A stretch of DNA of 64,000 nt from Ranitomeya imitator (GCF_032444005.1 NC_091285.1:19840001-19904000), one strand, 5' to 3'. Positions 44,277-57,680 are shown, numbered from the stretch's first letter. Notes: generated by a model from the sequence alone, not told the origin. Numbers and translations are program-made.

Positions 44277-45881
44277 CTATCCTGTAATCCTCATCCAGTT
44301 ACCCACATTGCTTCCATCAATCTTTCGCCAACATACTAATAATGCAGCATGTAGGGGCTCGGAGAAGGTGGCAGTGAAGGTGTGTAAGTGTCTGATGGGG
44401 TCACACAGCTCATAAAAGAACAACTGCCCGACGTCATAATCCAGACATATCCTGAACTTATCACTGGAGATATTGTCAGGTAACCGGATCTCTTTACTGT
44501 CATGTATCACTGAATACTGATTATTATATCTCCTGAAACACCAGGACTTGTTATTATTTCCAATTAGTGACTGATCTCCCCTCCTGTCTATGCTGGGATA
44601 ACACATCCCCATCCTCCAACCCCCTGATCTACTGCTCTCCACATCCCAGTAATGTCGTCCTGAGGTAAATCCTCTCCTGCTCATCACCTGATAATAACCC
44701 TTGAATCTCTTTGCTGTTTCTGGACGTTTCTGCTTCTCTTCTGTCCAGGTTGCAGTTTTCAGGTCGTCTGATATAAGGACATTATCAGAAGCTGTGGTTA
44801 CATCCAGTAATATGTCTGCAGGATCCTCCACATAGATCCCGCTCCTTATACCTGATATTACCTCACATAATGTGTGTAATGTGTGTGAGATCTCAGCCAC
44901 ATTCAGGTCATCTCCATCATGGAGCTGTTTATCATGTCCTCCTGTGTCCTCATCACCTCCCTCCTCCTCAGGATCACACAAGTCACCGGTGTCTGGTTCC
45001 TGTAAGACAGTCAGTGGATCCGTCATGTTACACAGCTCCTCAATGTGTCTCATCTTCCTGGACAGCTCGTCCTTCTTTATTTCCAGCTGATGGATCAGAG
45101 CAGACAGTGACAGTGACTCTTCCTTCTCCTGCCTGGAGATCTCACTCAGGACCTTCTTCTCCAGGTCGTCCACCCGTCTCCTGATGTCTGTACACAGGGC
45201 AGTGACTCTCTCGGCTTCTCCAGCTGCTTTTTCTTGAGCTTTTCTCCTGTGCTCCTCCAGACTCCGGACTCTTTTCTCAGTCTCCTTTGTCTTTGTGATC
45301 AGTTTCTGGAGACCAATTCTCAGTTTCTCCTTCTTCTTCTCATAGGCCTCATCCAGCATCTCCACCCGATGTCCCCGATGTTCTCCTGCAGAACAATAGA
45401 CACAGATACAAGCAGCGTCCTCGGTGCAGTAATATTCCAGGATCTTCTTATGGACAGAACATTTCCTTTTCTCCAGAGAAGTGCTGGGATCAGATAAGAC
45501 GTGTTCTGGTGATTTGCTGTGAACCCTCAGGTGTTTATCACACAGAGAAGCCTCACAGAGTAGACAGGATCTAACAGCAGGTACCGGAGAGTCCACACAG
45601 TAAGTGCAGCAGATCCCGGTGATCTCCTCTTGTTCTTGCTGAGTAATCAGGAAACGTTCAGCGACATTATGGAGATTTATGTTCCTCATCGGTGCTGGCC
45701 GCTCCTGAAACTCTTCTCTGCAGTCAGGACAGGAATAAACTCCAGACCCGTCCTGTGTATCCAGCACACGACCAATACAGACCCGGCAGAAGTTGTGTCC
45801 ACATTTCAGTGTTACAGGGTCCTTAAATGTACATAAACAGATGGAGCAGAGTAGCTCGTCTCTCAGAATAGCAGACGCCAT
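44277..45881 (-). CDS. TRIM E3 ligase copy 4, 534 aa
   Basis: Intact ORF with the same domain motifs. Confidence 0.96.
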   Translation of the reverse strand: MASAILRDELLCSICLCTFKDPVTLKCGHNFCRVCIGRVLDTQDGSGVYSCPDCREEFQERPAPMRNINLHNVAERFLITQQEQEEITGICCTYCVDSPVPAVRSCLLCEASLCDKHLRVHSKSPEHVLSDPSTSLEKRKCSVHKKILEYYCTEDAACICVYCSAGEHRGHRVEMLDEAYEKKKEKLRIGLQKLITKTKETEKRVRSLEEHRRKAQEKAAGEAERVTALCTDIRRRVDDLEKKVLSEISRQEKEESLSLSALIHQLEIKKDELSRKMRHIEELCNMTDPLTVLQEPDTGDLCDPEEEGGDEDTGGHDKQLHDGDDLNVAEISHTLHTLCEVISGIRSGIYVEDPADILLDVTTASDNVLISDDLKTATWTEEKQKRPETAKRFKGYYQVMSRRGFTSGRHYWDVESSRSGGWRMGMCYPSIDRRGDQSLIGNNNKSWCFRRYNNQYSVIHDSKEIRLPDNISSDKFRICLDYDVGQLFFYELCDPIRHLHTFTATFSEPLHAALLVCWRKIDGSNVGNWMRITG

Positions 45882-46084
45882 GGCTGAAGGAAGAACAAGG
45901 AAACGTAGAAGGTAGAAATGAAACTGAACTTACCTCATTCTGAGGTAATGTATAACTTAAAGGTGTTATCTCATGAACAAAGTACATTTTCAACAGATCC
46001 TGTAATATTAATAAGTTGCACAATTGGATGTGTTTAAAAAAAAATGTTCCTGTGCTTGTCATTGTGCCCCTGCTACAGTATGTA

Positions 46085-47653
46085 CAGTCATGGCCAAAAT
46101 ATTTGAGAATGACATCAAAATTATATTTTCACATGATCTGCTGCCATCTGGTTTTTATTAGTGTTTGTCTGATGTTTATATCACATACAGAAATATAATT
46201 GCAATCATATTATGAGTACCAATAGGTTATATTGACACTTAGTGTAGAATGAGTTAATGCAGCAAGTCAATATTTGCAGTGTTGCTCCTTCTTCTTCAAG
46301 ACCTCTGCAATTCTCCCTGGCATGCTCTCAATCAACTTCTGGTCCAAATCCTGCCTGATAGCAGTCCATTCTTGCATAATCAATGCTTGCATTTTGCCAG
46401 AATTTGTTGGTTTTTGTTTGTCCACCCGTCTCTTGATGAGTGACCACAAGTTCTCAATGGGATTAAGATCTGGGGAGTTTCCAGGCCATGGACCTAAAAT
46501 CTCTATGTTTTGTTCCATGAGCCATTTAGTTATCACCTTTGCTTTATGGCAAGGTGCTCCATCATGTTGGAAAAGGCATTGTTGGGCGCCAAACTGCTCT
46601 TGGACGGTTGGGAGAAGTTGCTCTTGGAGGACATTCTGGTACCATTCTTTATTCATGGCTGTGTTTTTAGGCAAGACTGTGAGTGAGCCGATTCCCTTGG
46701 CTGAGAAGCAACCCCACACATGAATGGTTTCAGGATGCTTTACAGTTGGCATGAGACAAGACTGGTAGTAGCGCTCACCTCTTCTTCTCCGAATAAGCTG
46801 TTTTCCAGATGTCCCAAACAATCGAAAAGGGGATTCATCAGAGAAAATGACTTTGCCCCAGTCCTCACCAGTCCACTCCCTGTACCTTTTGCAGAATATC
46901 AGTCGGTCCCTGATGTTTTTTCTGGAGAGAAGTGGCTTCTTTGCTGCCCTCCTTGAAACCAGGCCTTGCTCAAAGAGTCTCCGCCTCACAGTGCGTGCAG
47001 AAGCACACCAGCCTGCTGCCATTCCTGAGCAAGCTCGGCACTGCTGGTAGTCCGATCCCGCAGCTGAAACAGTTTTAAGATACGGTCCTGGCACTTGCTG
47101 GTCTTTCTTGGGCGCCCTGGAGCCATTTTGACAACAATGGAAGCTCTCTCCTTGAAGTTCTTGATGATGCGCTAGATTGTTGACTGAGGTGCAATCTTTG
47201 TAGCTGCGATACTCTTCCCTGTTAGGCCATTTTTGTGCAGTGCAATGATGGCTGCACGTGTTTCTTTAGAGATAACCATGGTTAACTGAAGAGAAACAAT
47301 GATACCAAGCACCAGCCTCCTTTTAAAGTGTCCAGTGATGTCATTCTTACTTTATCATGACTGATTGATCGCCAGCCCTGTCCTCATCAACACCCACACC
47401 TGTGTTAATGGATCAATCACTAAAACGATGTTAGCTGCTCCTTTTAAGGCAGGACTGCAATGATGTTGAAATGTGTTTTGGGGGTTAAAGTTCATTTTCT
47501 GGGCAAATATTGACTTTGCAAGTACAGTAATTGCTGATAAGCTGATCACTCTGACATTCAGGAGTATATGCAAATTGCCATAAGAAAAAATGAAGCTGTA
47601 GACTTTGGAAAAATTAATATTTGTCTCATTCTCAAAATTTTTGTCCATGACTG
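46085..47653 (-). mobile_element. Full-length Tc1-like transposon, DD35E spacing (Traveler-type), frameshifted N-terminus
   Basis: TA|cagtcatggccaaaa ... ttttgtccatgactg|TA. ATG at 47279, stop at 46267 (1013 bp, not a multiple of 3). FSDES / FQHDG-x35-E. Confidence 0.88.
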
Positions 47654-48169
47654 TACTGAATTATTTGCTGTGTCCTGCATACACAGCTCCTGGGCAGGTG
47701 AGAAAGCATAAGTGAATATACTGAGGATACAGGAGGGACTCTTAGCTGAGTGTTTGTGTGAGGGAACACATTTCCGTTTTTGTTAGTTTTATCACAGGAG
47801 CGATTGTTTCTGCCATGTCACCAGCCCTCTGAGCTCATCATAAATCTAGACAGTGACGTACTGTGATATGGAGCTGGGGTCTGTTGTAAGATATAGTCTG
47901 CTGTTTAACTTTTTGTACAAATCAATTATTGATAGCATAGAAGTGTATGCTTTGTAATACAGTCATGCTTGATGTAGATCAGGGGTCTCAAACTCGGCTG
48001 GGTATATGGGCCGCATATATTAAAAATTTGAATTTGGGGGGCCGCATTCTTTGAAGGACAGACTGACATTTTTAGTCATACCATTTTTTTCTATGCAACT
48101 TTTGAACAGCTTGCCGTGTTTTATTTTTTTTTAGCTTGGGTCGTATGGATGTGGTGATAACAAATGTGC

Positions 48170-48510
48170 TCTCATATTGTAGTTATGTCCCCATCCAAGT
48201 CCTCATATTGTAGTTATGTCCCCATCCAGGTCTCCATATTGTAGTTATGTCCCTATGCAGGTCCCTATATTGTAATTATGTCTCCATCCAGGTCCTCATA
48301 TTATAGTTATGTCCCCTTATTATAGTTGTGTCCCAATCCAGGTCCTCATATTGTAGTTCTGTCCCCATCCAGTTACTTCCATATATATAGTATGATGGCC
48401 CCAGTTCTTATATATATATAGTATGAAGGCCCCAGTTCCCCCCATATACATAGCATGATGGCCCCAGTTCCCCCCATATACATAGCATGATGGCCCCAGT
48501 TCCCCATATA
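48170..48510 (+). repeat. Two short minisatellites (ctcatattgtagttatgtccccatccagg; gatggccccagttccccccatatacatagc)
   Basis: Visible tandem periodicity of about 30 bp. They probably lie inside a hAT-like element starting caggggtctcaaactc at about 47980. Confidence 0.75.
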
Positions 48511-49039
48511 TAAGATGGAGGCCCCAGAGCCCGTTCATATAAAAAATTATGTTTATGCTCACTTCATCCTGATTCCTGGCACTGCAGCCCATGTCTTCTC
48601 TTCTGGCCTGTAGAGCGAGACAATGACGTCATCGTGTCACCTGCAAGAGCACACTGAGGTCTCGGAAACCGAGGTCTGCTGCTTATGAGACAGACTGATG
48701 TGCGCGGCCGTGTCTGCTGTCGGCCGCATCACTGTACAGCAGACACAGAAGAAGCTCAGAAATTGTTATGAAGTTTGGGAAGCCATAGATTGTTTTGAGG
48801 GTTTCTCCTTTTAATGTTGTTCATATTCTGAAGAGTATGATTTTGGACAGAGGGTGAGAGGCGCAGAGTCATCTGCGATATTCTAACTCCGCTGCCAATA
48901 AAGGGGAGAGGTGGACGATCTGCTGGTCCTGCGAGAATAATGTCAGACCACCTTACCTTGCCAGTGTTGAGGAGAGCCATAAGATCAAATACTTAATTGA
49001 CCTCAAGACATAAGAGATTGAGAGAAGCGACCCATAACG

Positions 49040-49841
49040 TGTACTGTTTAACCTTACATAAGCTTTCTCAGATCAAAGTGAGACACTAAAGATGGCTGCC
49101 ATTTCCTGTTTCACCACACACCATGTGCTGATATCCAAGATGATCAGTGGGACACTAAAGATGGCTGCCATTTCCTGTTTCAGCACACCATGTGCTGATA
49201 TCCAAGATGATGCCCACCCTGATGACCTCATGGATCCACCCACAGTGACACCCACCTTCATGACCTCATGGACCAACCCACCCTGATGACCTCATGGGTC
49301 CTCCCATGGACTTGCTCATTGCCCAACCCACTAATCAATGGAATACATACGATCACTCCCATCTCAGAGCTAATCGAGCCCCCTTACAGGGGTTATATAA
49401 ACCTGTGTTCTGATTAAATAAAGGCACTTGGAGCTGAGTCACAGATTGATCAAGGAGAGTTTACATCCGACTGTGTGTCTGGTGTATTTCTTTAGTGCGC
49501 ACCAGATCAATATCCATTAGGCCAGGAGTAGGCAACTAGAGTGAACATTTCTTATTGTTCAACCTAACACCAGGTCATTTCAGGTCATTTAACAAGTAGG
49601 GACTTCCCTGGAGTCTAATCCTAAACTGAGTGTGGGTCGCTGTATATTGGATTGAGTGCTTATTCCAAGAAGTTCTGCAACGGACAATGCACAGGACAGT
49701 TTGTGCACCGATGTTTTTACATGGAGGGCGGATGAGATTAAAATCTCATGTTCTCAGCTGCTCCTGTAATACACTTCTGTCTATTATCTATATCATCTCT
49801 ACTGTATCTTCCTATGTAATCTGTAGGAATACGGTGTCACA
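49040..49841 (+). mobile_element. Putative solo LTR with a duplicated 69-bp U3-like block
   Basis: Tandem block at 49082 and 49151, TATA-like ttatataaa and AATAAA near 49395-49420, tg.../...caca ends. No TSD was found. Confidence 0.35.
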
Positions 49842-50189
49842 CGTGTCCCGATGTAATACATACACACTATTCCAGAATCTATGGATCCTTGCCGTATTGT
49901 TCTAATCTTACCTAAACCAGCAAGTCTGGAGCTCTGCATAGCAAAAGAAGTGAGGATACAGGAATGGAACCAGATCCATTGGAGATAAAATCCTAAACTG
50001 TTATTAGATGATAAAATCATGGTTACATCCAAGGACTGTCCATAACAGGTGTCACCAACGCGTTTCTGAACACCATGAGTAAGGGTACCACACTCACCAG
50101 AAACGTGTTGGTGATATCTTTTATATCTAAGAAAAGTGGAAAGGAAGGACAAAAACAACAAACTCTGAATGAAAATAGAGGAGCAAGAG

Positions 50190-50735
50190 AATCCGACTAC
50201 AAACTAAAATGCGTCTGTACGAATGCACAGAGCATGGGAAACAAGCAAGGAGAATTGGAGCTGCTAACACAAGAAGAGAGATATGATGTTATAGGCATCA
50301 CTGAAACTTGGTGGGATGATACACATGATTGGAATACAAACCTTGAAGGCTACAACTTATTTATTAGAAACAGGATAAAAAAAAAGGAAGGAGGTGTTGT
50401 ATTGTATGTTAGGAAAGCATATCTTCAAAGAGATCCAAGCTTCAGAGACTGGTAACACAGTAGAAACTGGGTAAGAAGTCAAGGAGAGAAGAACAGATTG
50501 GACACTATTGTAGGTGTTTACTTTAGGCCACCTGGTCAGACTAAAGATATGGATGAACTCTTTTTACATCAGATGCCAAAAGGTAGAGAAAACAAGAGGA
50601 TCTGCAATCTTGGACCTAATTCTTACCAACAGGGAGGGAATGGTTGAGGAAGTAAAGGTGGCTAGGAATTTAGGAGGCAACAATCATGCTATCCTTGAAT
50701 TTTGGATTACAAGAGAAGGAAGACAAGCGAGGACT
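50190..50735 (+). mobile_element. CR1 LINE ORF2 endonuclease fragment
   Basis: LKCVCTNAQSMGNKQGELE...DVIGITETWWD...GGVVLYVR; LDLILTNRE...V.V...GG..H..LEF. Confidence 0.88.
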
Positions 50736-50738
50736 TAA

Positions 50739-52607
50739 GGTACCGTCACACTAGACGATATCGCTAGCGATCAGTGACGTTGCAGCGTCCTGGATAGCGA
50801 TATCGTCCAGTGTGACAGGCAGCAGCGATCAGGCCCCTGCTGTGATGTCGCTGGTCGGGGAAGAAAGGCCAGAACTTTGTTTCGTCGCTGGATCTCCCGC
50901 TGACATCGCTGAATCAGCGTGTGTGACGCCGATTCAGCGATGTCTTCGCTGGTAACCAGGGTAAACATCGGGTTACTAAGCGCAGGGCCGCGCTTAGTAA
51001 CCCGATGTTTACCCTGGTTACCATCGTTAAAGTAAAAAAAACAACCACTACATACTTACCTACCGCTGTCTGTCCCCGGCGCTCTGCTTCTCTGCACTCC
51101 TCCTGTACTGGCTGTGAGCACAGCGGCCGGAAAGCAGAGCGGTGACGTCACCGCTCTGCTTTCCGGCTGCCCAGCGCTCACAGCCAGAGCAGAGAAGCAC
51201 AGCGCCGGGGACCAGCTTGGAGTGAAGAAATCAACAGTGGGAGCAATAATTAGAAAATGGAAGACATACAAGACCACTGATAATCTCCCTTGATCTGGGG
51301 CTCCACGCAAAATCCCACCCCGTGGGGTCAGAATGATCACAAGAACGGTGAGCAAAAATCCCAGAACCACGCGGGGGGACCTAGTGAATGAACTGCAGAG
51401 AGCTGGGACCAATGTAACAAGGCCTACCATAAGTAACACACTACGCCACCATGGACTCAGATCCTGCAGTGCCAGACTTGTCCCACTGCTTAAGCCAGTA
51501 CATGTCCGAACCCGTCTGAAGTTTGCTAGAGAGCATTTGGATGATCCAGAGGAGTTTTGGGAGAATGTCCTATGGTCTGATGAAACCAAACTGGAACTGT
51601 TTGGTAGACACACCACTTGTCGTGTTTGGAGGAAAAAGAATACTGAGTTGCATGCATCAAACACCATACCTACTGTAAAGCATGGTGGTGGAAACATCAT
51701 GCTTTGGGGATGTTTCTCTGCAAAGGGGCCAGGACGACTGATCCGGGTACATGAAAGAATGAATGGGGCCATGTATCGTGAGATTTTGAGCGCAAACCTC
51801 CTTCCATCAGCAAGGGCATTGGAGATGAAACGTGGCTGGGTCTTTCAACATGACAATGATCCAAAGCACACCGCCAGGGCAACGAAGGATTGGCTTCGTA
51901 AGAAGCATTTCAAGGTCCTGGAGTGGCCTAGCCAGTCTCCAGATCTCAACCCTATAGAAAACCTTTGGAGGGAGTTGAAAGTCCGTGTTGCCAAGCGAAA
52001 AGCCAAAAACATCACTGCTCTAGAGGAGATCTGCATGGAGGAATGGGCCAACATACCAACAACAGTGTGTGGCAACCTTGTGAAGACTTACAGAAAACGT
52101 TTGACCTCTGTCATTGCCAACAAAGGATATATTACAAAGTATTGAGATAAAATTTTGTTTCTGACCAAATACTTATTTTCCACCATAATATGCAAATAAA
52201 TTGTTAAAAAAACAGACAATGTGATTTTCTGGATTTTTTTTTCTCAGTTTGTCTCCCATAGTTGAGGTCTACCTATGATGTAAATTACAGACGCCTCTCA
52301 TCTTTTTAAGTGGTGGAACTTGCACTATTGCTGACTGACTAAATACTTTTTTGCCCCACTGTATGTGCTGTTTGTTTTTTTTTAGTTTAACGCTTGTAAC
52401 CAGGGTAAACATCGGGTAACTAAGCGCGGTCCTGCGCTTAGTTACCCGATGTTTACCCTGGTCACCCAGGGACCTCGGCATAGTTGGTCGCTGGAGAGCT
52501 GTCTGTGTGACAGCTCCCCAGCGACCACACTACGATTTACCTACGATCACGGCCAGGTCATATCGCTGGTCGTGATCGTAGGTAAATCGTATAGTGTGAC
52601 GGTACCC
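50739..52607. mobile_element. Harbinger-like MITE enclosing a Tc1 fragment
   Basis: TIRs ggtaccgtcacact / agtgtgacggtacc. Internal repeats gtaaccagggtaaacatcggg occur in both halves. The TSD is ambiguous. Confidence 0.7.
51215..52361 (+). mobile_element. Tc1 (DD34E) 3' two-thirds with right TIR
   Basis: ORF 51333..52145: WSDETK, FQHDN-x34-E. Ends ttttgccccactg|TA. The left end is absent. Confidence 0.92.
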
Positions 52608-53388
52608 TAAGGTAAAATTCTCACCTTTACATGTTGTGAGTATGCACAACACATATAGTAACTATGATAGGAGGGCTGCAGATGGCAGATGACCCGCGAA
52701 GGATCTTCAAGAAATTCTGGATAGGATATTCAAGATGTCGACAATTCCGTGCACCTCCAAAATCAGGCAAGGGAATAACAGAGTTCAGAAGAGTTGCATA
52801 CTTTATTCAGGGCTATAAAACTACGAGTTTTGTTGACGTCCTGTCCACTTCCTCAGGTACATAGCCAATCATTGTAAAAGGAGAGGTTGAACAAGGAAAT
52901 TACATCACAATTCTTTTTTTGTATATCTTTATTTAACTTACAAAACACATACAAATCCTCATGAAAAAAACGAATGCATAAAAATCCGTATAAAAAAACG
53001 CACCAAAAAGGCATTAAAAACGCAAATCCTGAGCAAATATTGAGCCATTCCTGACCGTGGAAACATACCTTAATATTCTCTTTACTCACATTCAGACATT
53101 GAGGCTAGTGCCTACATTTTACCATCAGAGCTCCTTGATAAAGGAGGGTGTAATATTAAAGGTTATTTATTGATATGTATTTTTTTTACGTAGAACACAT
53201 GAAGTTTTGTATTATATGTCTTATAAGGCTGCAGCATTATCTTCCTCATCTTCCAGGAGCTTGTAGGTTCCCCATTTCCTCCCTGCAGACTGAAGACTGA
53301 AGAACTCAAAAAGTCCAACTAGCGTAAATGGTAAATAGTGGACCATGGAGGAGGGGGATGCAGCTGCAGGTTTTAACTTAGTGTTTAA

Positions 53389-53873
53389 CCCTGCTGTGGA
53401 ACCATGGGTCATATAGACCCCAGCGCTGAATAAATTGAAATATTTCTAAAACTGCTCAATCTCAGACATTGACCTTCTATGTATTTTGAAGTATCTTATT
53501 TCTGCTTATGTTGATATTTTGAATTTGTTTTTCAATTTTGTTTCAAAGTTACTTTCAATTTTCTGTGTTTGGGACTCTCCTGACCACACAGTTGCAGTTA
53601 TTGTGCATTTATTTGTATTGAATTTGAATTCTTTTAGATATTAGTAAAGCATTTTGGTATAAATTTCAGTTTGTGTTTGATGATGACAAATAAATCATTT
53701 CAAAGTTACATTTGATTTCATAACTGTGTTCTGAAATGATGACAGAATAAAACTTGATTATTCTGAACTGCCAGCATGTTCATTTTAATGAAATGTGACG
53801 ATTTTGAGCCTGGGATCATATAGAACCCATGGTACCAAAGCAGTGATTTTTTTTTTATGGTTCCACAACAGGG
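53389..53873. mobile_element. piggyBac-like MITE
   Basis: TTAA|ccctgctgtggaacca ... tggttccacaacaggg|TTAA. Confidence 0.85.
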
Positions 53874-53914
53874 TTAAGAGAATCACCATAAGCGGAGAGG
53901 GAATAAAAACCATG

Positions 53915-54410
53915 TATGAAGGTTGATTCGAAAGTAATGCCTCCTGTTTATTAACATGGAAACAGAAACAGATGCAGAGAACATATGAAAGTAGTTGAAT
54001 AGAGCAAGATTTCAGCTCCACCATGTCACCACCAGAGGTTATACGTTATCGTCAGCAATGAAAAACAGCCCGAATGCCGAGGCAGTAAAATTCGGAACCA
54101 TCAGAGGTATCCACTCTTTTACACCTACGATGGCAGCATCTTTGTAAATTGTTGCCTACGTAATCTATCAAAGAAATGGAAGTCCAAAGACACCAAATCT
54201 GGACTATACGGTGGATGTGGTAGGACTCTACAGCCATATTTTGCAATGTGCTCGGTGGTCTGGTATGGGGCTTGGCGTTATCATGTTTCAAGCAAAAAGT
54301 TGTCCTCTTCTCTGCCCTGATTCTGGAAGTTTGAGCTTTCAGCATCTTTATGTAGCATTGAGAATTGATAGTTCCTCCAAGCTTTTTGTAATTTGCTTCC
54401 GCGCAGATTG
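53915..54410 (-). mobile_element. Degenerate mariner fragment
   Basis: HDNAKPH motif in ORF 54052..54417 and a mariner-like terminus tatgaaggttgattcgaaagtaatgcc. Confidence 0.7.
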
Positions 54411-54422
54411 AGCACAATGGCG

Positions 54423-54730
54423 TCCACTGACCAGCATTTTTCAGAACCTTAAAACTCCTTCAATATGTTGAAAATAAAAATATTTCTTATCCTCACCGCT
54501 CCCCTCTCTGGTCCCCCCACATTCCCATCTGGTCCTAGCCACAATAGATCTTTAACAGCGGTGATCTGAAGATGTGGAGAGAACCGGACAGGTGACGGGG
54601 AAGAGCAGACGTCCTGAAGAGGTGAGCCGTGAGAATAAAGGATTTTTTTCTTATTTTTTACATATTACATTTATTATGTTCTGGTGTCTGAAAAAAAAGC
54701 CTAGAACATAATAAAGGGCATTCAATTTGT
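54423..54730. repeat. Block homologous to 63793-64000 (upstream of TRIM copies 4 and 5)
   Basis: Shared tagatctttaacag(c/t)..tgatctgaagatgtggagagaaccggacaggtgacgg.gaagagcaga. Confidence 0.85.
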
Positions 54731-55098
54731 GGAGAATAACTTCTCAGAAAATCAAACATCTCAGGAAAATCCACATCTAAACATATAATTAACATGAGTA
54801 AGAAATACTTCCTATGTGCCATCCAAAGAGGAATGGATAAGAATCTCCAGGTGCCTTTAGCAGGGGTGGGCTTGGACGGAGGGCAGAGGGGCAAATATCC
54901 ACCCGGCCAGTCCCTCAGCAGAAGTTTTGTGTCACCCAGCCCTCTGCCCCCTAGAAGACAGCTGCCGGCACTTTATTCACAATCATACGCTGCATGCTCC
55001 TGGGCCTGGCTCCAGGACATCATGTATTATATATCATATATAGTGCTGTACATTATAATATGTGATGTTCTGTAGCCAGGTCCAGGTGGGATCAGTAA

Positions 55099-55424
55099 GG
55101 GGGCTTTCACACTATGTTCTGGCACGCGTTCGTTGGTCCCATCAGGGTTTACGTCTGAACCCCCGAGCAAAACGAGATTCGGACATACAGTATGCACCGA
55201 CGGGGTCATAGACGATCATTTTCAGGAGTGTACGTCTACTGGAGATGGACACCCAGTCATAGTCTGTTAAGTCTGAGCGTCCTCCTCCAGTAGGCTTATA
55301 TGCCCGAAAATGATAATCTATGGCGCCGTTGGTGCATGCACCCGAATTGCATTTCGAAGGGGGTTCGGACGTGAGCCTTGACAGGACAAACAAACAGATG
55401 CCATAATGCTGTGTGAAAGCCCCC
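55099..55424. mobile_element. Harbinger-like MITE
   Basis: gggggctttcacac ... gtgtgaaagccccc, flanked by TAA and TA(T). Confidence 0.65.
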
Positions 55425-57378
55425 TATGTATAAGACTATATATGTGCACATAGTTTAGGACATAAGTACATAGATTATGTCTCATGTCTGTAGGTGATAT
55501 ATGTATACGTATCACAGTACATCATTCACCAGACCTAGGTAAAAAGCGAGTCACATCCTGCCCTCTCCTGCCGACATACCACGTCCAGATATCACTGCTA
55601 TCTGTATCCTCAGGATGCAGACGGTGGTGAATACATTGGTGGAAGACGGGGGCCGCCGACTCCTACTTCCACCAATCAGTGAGTGCAATTGGGACAGGTG
55701 ACGTGATGACATCACTATATCACGTCTGCTCTGCAGAAAGTCCGAGCTTCAGGGAGCGAAGCAGAGCACCAAGGGAACGGGACCAAAGTAAGTATGAATT
55801 TTTCTATATACATACATATATACAGTAAATATATATACTTATGGGATGTGAAGGCTCATACTGTACATTGGAGGCTATGTGGAGGCTTAAACAATATAGG
55901 GGGCTATGTGAAGGCTCATACTGTATAGGGGCCCGTATATGGGCTCATATATATATGGGGTGTCAGCATACTTAGTTCTGCTCAATACAATTAATATGAA
56001 TATAAAATAATAATTATAATTGATATGTTAATATTGATATTGAGCAGAATTAGTTTCAGCATATTAGTTTGGCCTCCACAACAGTCAGGGTCTGTCATGT
56101 GTCCCCTCAGGAAAATTAATTGTACTGATAACATCGGATGTCTGTAGTCACAGTATATCATATATCAGTAACATATTCTCCTGTATATGGTATGTGTTAT
56201 ACTATGTATATAGACATCAGATATTACACCAGTCACATATTCTCCTCTATATACCATCTGATGTCTGTGCATATAGTACAACACATCTAGTATATAGGAG
56301 AATATGTGATGGTTCTGTAGTCATAGTATATTACCTTATTTTGCGGACTATAAGACGCATGAGACCATAAGATGCAGCCCAAATTTTGTGGAGGAAAATA
56401 GGAAAAACATTTTTTTAAATGAAATAGTGGGGTGTCCTTATAGTCCGATTTTACTTTAGCTTACGGGGGTCAGCGGTGATGTACCTGGGTCACCGGAGGC
56501 AGCAAGAGGGTCGATGCTGCGGGCCCCAGGCTGGGAGGAAAAGGTGTCCCGGAAATTCGAGGCTGCGGGCCCCGAGTTGGGTGGAGAAGGTGATCCAGGG
56601 GTGCTAGGCTGTGGGCCCTGGGCTTTCATAAGATATCGGCAGTGAGCAGAGTCCGCTTCCCACTGATTTCCCTGTTTTGGGCTTCGGGAAAAATGCTGCC
56701 GGATGTGTTGCAGGTGCAGATTAAGAGTTCGGGAGCTTAGTGCCTTCTCCGGTGTCCATCGCCGCTCTGCTCCTCTTCTCAGTGATGTCACCGCCCTTCA
56801 GACTCTCCGCCTCACTTTATGGTTGTAGTCTCTTTTACAATGTGAGTCTGCGAACCCTTGTTATGCACCTCGTTCATTCGCTCCATAGACTTACATTCAG
56901 TTCGGGGTCAGACAGAGCGCAGCGTGACCCGGAGACTCTGACGTCACTGAGAAGTGGAGCGAAACGGCGCTGGTCCCAGAGAACTCAGCATTACCTGAGT
57001 ATATTAATACACTGACATACACTACGCCGATATTTACACAGGTTTAGAGAAGAATATATGAATAAATTCTGAAGACGACATGTAATTTGTTTCCAACACG
57101 GTTTCAGAGCTCTAGACAAATTTCCGTAGTCACTCCGACACTGCAGATTGCTGAATCGTGATAGAGCGCTGTCCACACTGTCAGGATTCCTCTGTATTCC
57201 CAGCATAGTGATCACAAGTATGAATGTGTATAGTTATGGTCACATGCCGACTAGTTCCAGAAACCTCTCTCAGTGGCACACCGACACCGATAGAAGGGAT
57301 GAAAATGTAGTCAGCATTCGAAGACAACCATCCCAGCATTACTCCGGGTTTATCTTATTACAGTCTTGTAACCTCTTA

Positions 57379-57680
57379 GGCTACGTTCACATTTGCATTG
57401 CGTCGGGCGCAACCGCGGCGACGCATGTGTCATGCGCCCCTATATTTAACATGGGGGGCGCATGGACATGCGTTGTGCTGCGTTTTGTGACGCATGCGTT
57501 TTTTTGCCGCGTTAGGGCGCAGAGGAGGCAGCAAGTTGCATTTTTTTTGCGTCCAAAATTCGTCAAAAAAGGACGCATGCGTCGCAAAACTATGCGTTTT
57601 AGCGTGCGTTTTGGTGCGTTTTTGTTTGCGTTGTGCGTAGCGTCTCCGACGCAACATCGCACAACGCAAATGTGAACGTA
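57379..57680. mobile_element. Harbinger-like MITE (right end clipped), absent from the paralogous block
   Basis: ggctacgttcacatttgc ... gcaaatgtgaacgta. Confidence 0.65.

Noticed and set aside
45884-45933. GTAAG...CAG mini-intron just upstream of TRIM copy 4
   Set aside because: It is only 50 nt, below the usual vertebrate minimum, and the donor is not conserved in paralogues.
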